Below, in pieces: positions 1-7,115 of a stretch of 20,418 nt of DNA. The notes under the pieces are model-generated. The model had not been told where the DNA came from, ran no database searches, and saw only the letters and a program-made list of their open reading frames with translations. A program made the position numbers and the translations under genes. Numbering within the stretch: the stretch's first letter is position 1; the number at the start of each line of letters is the position of its first letter. Origin of the DNA: Rhizaria sp. SCN 62-66 (taxonomy: Eukaryota); the NCBI GenBank assembly GCA_001724265.1, contig MEDY01000092.1, forward strand, positions 62,001-82,418, written 5' to 3'.

Positions 1-1165
1 AAAAGGGCAGTGGTTGTAGAGTTAAAAACGTCGGGAGAGAGTGATACGACGCCATCACAACACAAACAACTGGTGAAGAAACGAGCAAGAACTAGACAAT
101 AAAGTGAGTGCTAAAAAAAAAAACGTGGAGTTAGGGAAGGAACCTTCGCCAGCATGGTGCATACTATCGTAAAGTAAAGCAAGATCAAGCACACAAGCGC
201 GCACGTAGAAACCGCAATCAACGAACGATGCGATGTTACACGCGAAGCATGCTGCCATGATTTGCCAGACAAGTAATAGGGGGAAACATACTGTTCACCT
301 TGTCGCCGTGATGATATTTGTGACGTTATTAGGGTGATTTTGTCGCGACATCTAAACGAAAACACGCGTGGTATTTGTTGTAGGTTTTTGTTGGGTGTTT
401 TGCGCGGAGAAAATAAGCGTTTGCTTTAGGTTCTCAATCACACTCTCAATTTCACGCACTTACTACGCTCTTGCGTGTCAGTATGCTGTGCTTGTTATAT
501 GCGTAGAGGCTTTGTCGTGATGAATATTGCAGCACAGGTACCGTAGTTTCAGTTCACGTTTGTGTGAGTGTGATAAGTTATCATGCGATGGGTGCTGTGC
601 TGAGTGTGCGTGGTGTGATATGACGGCGCTTGATATCAGCGCCAATAACAACACGGCACATAACTGCACTAAAACACGTCAAAACATACAATACCACACG
701 GCACATTTAAGCACGGGTCAGATGCAGAAGAAAGCACATCCGACGAAGCCAACGTACACGAAAACAGAGTTAACACTACCATGGATACAAACGAGACAAA
801 GCTACTACACATAAAGTGCACACAAACATCTGAAACTGGGGAAGAGCTAGTGAAGACGAAAGGGAGTGGGATGGAGGCGGAGAGGCGGATGTAGTAAAGC
901 AAAAACTCGAAGGCCAGGAGCACGACCACACATGAATGGTGAGGTGCAGTCACACGAGAACGAGACAAACTAAAAAGAAGATCAAATGAAGATACAAATA
1001 AGCGTGCACATAAACAAGAGAACATGAAAAAAGAGTTACACATGATGAAGCAGGTGTGAACTGAAAGCACATGCTGTTAAACAAAAAATACAAGCAGTGA
1101 AGGAACCATATGGAGCGACAAAGAGTCGTCTTTGACGCTTAATCGAAACCTTAAGAGAAACATGA

Positions 1166-1183
1166 ACTACTACTACTACTACT
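1166..1183. repeat. (ACT)6 microsatellite
   Basis: actactactactactact read directly. Confidence 0.85.
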
Positions 1184-1795
1184 GTTACTAAGCTAAACGC
1201 ATTCAATTGTCGTTTAAACAACGTATGATATCACGTGTACGGTGAATGAGTGATTGTACGCGAGATGACACCGCTGTCATTTGGACTGTTGAACGAGACT
1301 GAAATACTGATCAACTGATTGATTTGGTGCAAAGTAGAAATTGGTTTTGCAGCAAAAAATGGGTGATATTGTTGCTTGAAGTCTTTGATGATCATTCTGA
1401 CGATCATAATATCGCATTGCGCCCCTTGGCAACAATGTTGAGATTTACGACATTCCAAGCACATGCTATCATTCTTCCGTGCTCAACTGTGTTCACAGTC
1501 GTGTGTTGGCTTGACACTCTCACTTAGAGATCGTGTGGAAAATGAATTCAGATGTTGACTGTTCGTTGCAGGGTTTCAGTGAGGATATAGGACACACTAC
1601 ACACATTGGGAGTGAATATAGTATTGTCCACATGATCACAGCAAGCACCACAAAATTGAACAAATAAATGACACACGAGTATACACAGTGCGCGAGCACT
1701 CGCGGTTGGGACGAACACAATGACAATCGCACAAAGGACTGCGTGACAGAGTGTGACCAATAAGAGTGCGAGTAATGAGATTGAGCAAGAGAAAA

Positions 1796-1811
1796 AGAGA
1801 GAGAGAGAGAG
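1796..1811. repeat. (AG)8 microsatellite
   Basis: agagagagagagagag read directly. Confidence 0.85.
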
Positions 1812-2034
1812 GGAGCATATGCGAGGCGAGATCCAGGAACAAGTCAAAGACAAGACAAGTTTCACAACACCAACAGTCGCAACGAAGTCTTACAATGACT
1901 GACAAGAACAAACAATTCATCGAATTGTTAATGTTATTTTCGCCACCGTCGGTTCGTTACTAGTGCCAATCGATTGCTGAGCCGTGATTGTTTTGTGATG
2001 TTCTAATGTAGTTGCATGATTGATATGATAGTAC

Positions 2035-4284
2035 TTAAAGCTCATCCTTGTTCTCCGCCTCACTCTCAGTCTCCTCCGCCTCAACCTCAGCCTCAACAGA
2101 CTCACTGTCGTCGTCGTCGAGCGTGGCCACATCGAGCGTGGCGACGACGGGGTCCAGGTAGGCGTCCTCGTCGTGCGCCAGCCCCGGGTGCTTAAGCGCA
2201 ATCGTGCGGCTGACGTCGCGCGCGAGCGGGATGGCCAGCGTGCGCAGCGCCTCCTCGCCGGCAACCGAGGACAGCGACTGCGCGAGCACACCGTGCCACA
2301 CGTCGTCCATTCTACCCATAACGTAGGCGCGCAGACGCTCGCGCGCGCCTGGGTTGGCCTTAAGCACGGCCTCGATCTCGTCGCCGGTCAGCGCGCGGGG
2401 CTCCTCGTCCTCGTCCTCGGCCTCGCTCTCCTCAACGGCTGCGGACTCGGCCGCGGAGACGTCGTCGGCGTCGATAACCTTCTTGCTCTTGCGGTTCTTC
2501 TTCGTGGCCGCGAGCAACGGGCGCACGACCTCCTCGATGCCGAGCGCGAGGGAGATGGCGAGTTCGGAGCGGTCACTCTCGGCCGTCTTGAGCAGGTCCG
2601 TCAGCAGCCGCTTGGTCTCGGCCGCGTACATAACCACGAGCCGCTCGCGCGCCGTCAGCACACGGAGCGTGAAACCGGTCTTAGCGTCGGTCAGCGTGCC
2701 CGCGGCGGCCGCGGCAGCCACGGACTCGGACGTGGCGTCGAGCAGCGCGTCGTCCTGCTCCAGCGTCGTCGGGTAGTCGGACAGCGCGGCGCGGAAGACT
2801 GAGATGACGTGGTCGTACGTCGCCAGCGTGGGGCCGTCGAAGTGGCCGAAGGCGCCGGCGTTAAGGGACGCGAGCAGCGCTGGGGGGATGTGGTCGCCGT
2901 AGGACAGCACGGCGAAGAACGGGATGCGCAGGCCGGCAGCGCCGCTGGAGACGGGGTTGCCATCGGCGTCAACGTCGTTGACATCAGCGTACTTTTTGTC
3001 CGCAGACGAGGACGATGAGGACGAAGACTTGTCTTCTTCGTCTTCGTCATCGTCAGGTGCGCTGGCCTCGGACTCGAGCGAAGGGTACATGTTGAGGAGC
3101 TCAGACATCTGTGCCGCTGGCTGGCGGCGCGCGTTGGCAAGCACGGCGGGCGTGAACGACACGAAGATGTGGTCGCGGCTGTTGCGCTTGAGCATGAAGC
3201 CGTAGTCGGACAGCAGCGGCGAGTTGGGGTAGTTAGGGTGGTAGGAGATGGCCGCCGACTCGCCCTTGACGGCGGGGCGACCAGGCGTGTAGACCATCTC
3301 GTGCGCAGAGGTGTAATGGTACTTGTTCGGCACGTCATTGTCGTGGTTGATCAGATCGATGCCGGGCACGAGCGTCATGGAGAAGTGGTAATGCTTTCGG
3401 CCCCAGGCGAAGGTGCGGGAGCAGATGATCGAGATGGCCCAGTCGCGGAGCTCGGTGTTAACGGCCAGATGCTCGAACAGCGGGTCAGAGGCGAGAACGA
3501 GGTTCAGGTCCTTGAGCAGCTGCGCGCGCGTCGCGAAGGCCACCGACGCGTCACGGGGGCGGTCGAAGAGCACGGGGGCGACTTCCTCGTCGGTGAGCAT
3601 GAAGGGCAGTACGGGCGACGGGAGAGACGCGAGGTAGCGGGCAAACTTGGACTCGGGGTTTGCGCGCTCATTCATCAGGGCAATGATGGCAAGGATGCGG
3701 GACTGATCAGCGATGACGTACTCGATGCCGGGCGCCCAGAAGAGCTCGGAGATGCGCTGGACGAGCCGCTTCGTCGAGGGAAGCAAGTTCGGGTTGAAAG
3801 GATGCAGGAAGCATGCACCGGGGGTCGCGAGCAAGGGCTCTTCGTCGGTGACATCCTCGGTGAAATACATGTTGAAGTCGCCGAGCCCCGACTGACGGAG
3901 CTCGATCTTGCGAGAGGTAAAGCCGCACGAGACGAGGAAGTTTTTAAGAGCCTTGAACTCCTCGGTGATATTCTCGAGGGACGGGTGACCGAAGAAAGTT
4001 GCCTTGTCTTCGGGAGCCCACACGCCGCGCTCGCCTGTGATGTGGACGGACTGCTCCCAGCCGTCAATAGATGTGGTGGAGGCGTTCTCGCTCGCCAAAG
4101 TTGTCTTGGGAGGAGCACGCGTAGCAGTCTTGTCACAGACAGTGCCGTCAATGTTCGCCTCTGCGGCGTGCGCAGTGCTCGCCAGCAAAAGAGCTGAAGC
4201 AAGAATTGCACAGAACGCAGTAACACAGAGCAGCCATAAAGGCCGCGAGCGCGTAAAAACGTGTGGGTGGGCGATGAGGGCCAT
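2035..4284 (-). CDS. SET-domain protein methyltransferase, Rubisco LSMT/SETD3-SETD6-like, with N-terminal signal peptide and C-terminal KDEL (749 aa, intronless model)
   Basis: First in-frame ATG at 4284 (the ORF track starts at a GTG 9 nt upstream), stop TAA 2037-2035. LSMT-type SET motifs: WAISIICSRTF, LVPGIDLINHD, GESAAISY...NSPLLSDYGF; substrate-binding-domain motif LSDYPTTLEQDDALL. Hydrophobic N-terminus LWLLCVTAFCAILASALLLASTAHA; protein ends ...ENKDEL*. Confidence 0.88.
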   Translation of the reverse strand: MALIAHPHVFTRSRPLWLLCVTAFCAILASALLLASTAHAAEANIDGTVCDKTATRAPPKTTLASENASTTSIDGWEQSVHITGERGVWAPEDKATFFGHPSLENITEEFKALKNFLVSCGFTSRKIELRQSGLGDFNMYFTEDVTDEEPLLATPGACFLHPFNPNLLPSTKRLVQRISELFWAPGIEYVIADQSRILAIIALMNERANPESKFARYLASLPSPVLPFMLTDEEVAPVLFDRPRDASVAFATRAQLLKDLNLVLASDPLFEHLAVNTELRDWAISIICSRTFAWGRKHYHFSMTLVPGIDLINHDNDVPNKYHYTSAHEMVYTPGRPAVKGESAAISYHPNYPNSPLLSDYGFMLKRNSRDHIFVSFTPAVLANARRQPAAQMSELLNMYPSLESEASAPDDDEDEEDKSSSSSSSSADKKYADVNDVDADGNPVSSGAAGLRIPFFAVLSYGDHIPPALLASLNAGAFGHFDGPTLATYDHVISVFRAALSDYPTTLEQDDALLDATSESVAAAAAAGTLTDAKTGFTLRVLTARERLVVMYAAETKRLLTDLLKTAESDRSELAISLALGIEEVVRPLLAATKKNRKSKKVIDADDVSAAESAAVEESEAEDEDEEPRALTGDEIEAVLKANPGARERLRAYVMGRMDDVWHGVLAQSLSSVAGEEALRTLAIPLARDVSRTIALKHPGLAHDEDAYLDPVVATLDVATLDDDDSESVEAEVEAEETESEAENKDEL

Positions 4285-4958
4285 AGTTTGCACTCACCTG
4301 CTCCTTCGGAATAGTATGGTCGGGGCGCGGCCAAAGCGTAAGGATTAAGGTGAGTGAGACTGACTTTTAACAAAGAGTATAGTTTGACCGCCATAAAAAG
4401 TGACATAATATTAAACGTTGACAGATACTGAGCGGTCTGAAAGGTAAACTATGCATCCATAACCCCGACGCCCCTTGTCTCCCTTTGCCCCCCTACAACC
4501 GGCTGTATGTCTGGTATGTCTGTACTTTGACTGACAGTGACCGTGAGCATAGAGCGCTCACGGTCATCAGCGACGAGCTGTGTTGGACGGTCAGAGTCCT
4601 CGTCGATCTCTTGCTCGTGCCTCAGGGTGACGCGGGGATAACTTTATAGTGCACGCTGGACGGGGTTTGGGGTAACATAATTTTGCAAATGAGACGACGC
4701 AATGCAAACCTATTTCGTGCGCTGTTTAGTTTTAACAGTGACGATATACTAGATGATCTATTCCCCGTTTTATGCAGCGATTGATCTGCTCGACGCCGTC
4801 ATCTTAGCGCTCACTTGGCTCTCTCGCCATGGCTCCAACATTCTCCGACCACTTTATGCTTCTACCATATGCTGAACCGAGTTTTTTTACATTCCTTTCA
4901 CCGTATACATTACTCCCATCCCTCCTGGTCTTTGTTTTGTCCGCCAATTTAGATCAAG
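4285..4958. promoter_or_regulatory. Divergent (probably bidirectional) promoter region between the SET gene and BCAT
   Basis: Head-to-head start codons about 670 nt apart; lower GC than flanking exons. Inferred from gene geometry only. Confidence 0.5.
4538..4566. repeat. Perfect 11-bp inverted repeat (7-nt loop) in the divergent SET/BCAT intergenic region
   Basis: tgaccgtgagc-atagagc-gctcacggtca. Confidence 0.8.
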
Positions 4959-6535
4959 ATGCTTCGCAAGACCATTGGTCGCGTTGCCTCGCAGGCCATC
5001 GGCGTTTCCGCCCGCTGCGCCTTCTCCACCACCCCCGCTCCTTTCGACGTACGGTCTCTCTTCACATATACTTTATCTTCATCACTCCAAGTGCCCTATT
5101 CTTAATGACTTTGTTTGTACCCGTTTCCAGCTTGTTCTTACTAATCTCCGAGCATTCAATCTGCTCTAGCACAACAATCTTTCCGTTGTTTGCACCCCTT
5201 CCTCATCTTTGTCGCTTCCCATTGCTGCGTTTCTTTGTTCATCATGTACAGGCGTCTAAGCTCACCGTGACGCGCACTACCTCCCCTAAGGAGAAGATTC
5301 CTTACGAGAAGCTCAAGTTCGGCCACACCTTCACTGACCACATGATGGAGATTGACTGGAACGTACGTTAACAAAGACAAATCAAATCACGATATCATAC
5401 CATTTAAGATTATTATTTATTCTGTGATCATGTACCTTTTTATATAGTTTTATTTCTTTACTCACACATCCTGTGTCATGCACTCACTCTTTTTGTTTCG
5501 TGTTCCATTTGATTGACTTTTTTTGTTTCACTTTGCTTTTGACTTGCACAGGTCGCCAAGGGCTGGTCCGCGCCCGTGATCCGTCCCCACGGCCCGCTCT
5601 CGATTGACCCCGCCGCGTCATCCCTTCATTACGGCCTCCAGGGCTTCGAGGGCATGAAGGCGTACATCGACGCCTCGGGCAACATCCGTCTCTTCCGCCC
5701 CGACATGAACATGAAGCGCATCAAGACCACGGCCAAGCGCCTCCTGCTGCCGCAGATCGACGAGGAGCAGGCCCTGCTCTGCCTCAACGAGCTGCTGCGC
5801 ATTGACAAGGACTGGATCCCTAACAAGCGCGGCTATTCGCTCTACCTGCGCCCCACGATCATCTCCACCACGCCTTTCCTCGGTGTCGCGCCGCCCACCG
5901 ACGCCAAGTTCTACATCATTGCCTCCCCCGTCGGCCCGTACTATCCCACCGGCTTCGCGCCCGTCAAGCTGCTCGCCGACCCCAAGTACGTCCGTGCCTG
6001 GCCCGGCGGCACCGGCAACATCAAGTGCGGCGGCAACTACGCCATGTCCATCGGCCCGGCCCAGGAGGCCGCGCAGAAGGGCTACCAGCAGCTGCTCTGG
6101 CTCTTCGGCGAGGACCACCAGTGCACCGAGGTCGGCACCATGAACCAGTTCTGGTACTGGGTGTCGCCCGTGGACGGCGAGAAGGAGCTCGTCACCGCGC
6201 CTCTCGACGGCACGATCCTGCCCGGCGTGACCCGCGACTCGATCATCCGCCTCGCCAAGTCCTGGGGCATCCGCGTCCGCGAGGAGCACTACACGATCAA
6301 TGACGTGCTCAGCGCCATCAAGGACGGCCGCATGATCGAGGCCTTCGGCTCCGGCACCGCCGCTATCGTGTCCCCCGTCTCGGCCGTGGGCTACGAGGGC
6401 GTGGACCACCAGATCCCGCTCTCACCCAACAACCCCGCGCAGCAGGCCGGCGACCTCACCAAGAAGATCGCCGACACGCTCATGGACATCCAGTATGGCA
6501 CCGTCCCCCACGAGTGGTCCGTCGTCGTCAATTAA
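4959..6535 (+). CDS. BCAT: Branched-chain amino acid aminotransferase (PLP fold type IV), probably mitochondrial (394 aa, 3 exons)
   Basis: Exons 4959-5048, 5252-5362, 5552-6535 join in frame across phase-0 introns (GTACGG...ACAG; GTACGT...ACAG). Motifs LKFGHTFTDHM, LHYGLQGFEGMKAY, YLRP, catalytic KCGGNY, EVGTMN, ILPGVTRDS, EAFGSGTAA. N-terminus MLRKTIGRVASQAIGVSARCAFSTT is Arg/Ser/Ala-rich with no acidic residues, typical of a mitochondrial presequence. Stop TAA. Confidence 0.96.
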
Positions 6536-7115
6536 GTACCAAGACACTTCGACGACGCCGAGATTCTTCATCTAAGTAGGATGCCTAGTAGCTGAAGCTC
6601 CAGTCGAGGGTCTTGCTTTGTGTTTAACGTATGTACTACTATCTGTTGCGTTATAAACAGACCAAAAGAGTGATGATGATATGACGACGTGTGAAGGCAG
6701 TGGCATGATTACAACAATGCGCTACACTTGTTGCAATACGTGCGAGGAGTGAGTGAGATTCTTTGCGTGCTTTTAGCACACATGCTCACTGTTCTAGGCT
6801 TCATACGTATCATGAAGATAGTTAATAAACAATCTATTTATAAGAAAAACTTGTTTCGACGTCGCGTTTTTTCAACGTCACATATCCACTTGCTCGTCTG
6901 AGCTTGTTTCGTTGTCTGCGTTGGTTTTGATCTGGAAGTAGGTTAAGTGCTTGTTTATTGCTATATATAATTCATCACTAGTCAACGACTATAATCATAA
7001 TACATGACCATGCCATGCATAGATTACTGGCCTTTGTTATTTTAACATACATGAGCTAAAGCGACGCGATTTGCGCTTGTCAAGTTTCCTTATTGCGCTG
7101 CTAGTTGTCACTGCT

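Noticed and set aside
478-1963. Many 60-130 aa hydrophobic or Lys/Thr-rich ORFs in the left flank
   Set aside because: Products of strand-skewed low-complexity sequence; no consistent exon chain with the local splice consensus could be built.
2173-4197. Long plus-strand ORFs (209, 140, 342 aa) opposite the SET gene, and similar antisense or alternative-frame ORFs over BCAT, NAGPA, ZNG1 (423, 320 aa) and DDX1 (373, 230 aa)
   Set aside because: Shadow ORFs expected from GC-rich codon usage; no recognisable motifs and fully overlapping well-supported genes.
4461-4672. Recurrent CGGGGT/ACCCCG-like words near gene starts (also about 10082, 10220, 16297-16449)
   Set aside because: Too short and variable to distinguish from background without a genome-wide enrichment test.
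4829-5371. 180-aa ORF upstream of the main BCAT exon
   Set aside because: Reads through 5' UTR, exon 1 in the wrong frame and intron 1; only its last part (exon 2) is BCAT.
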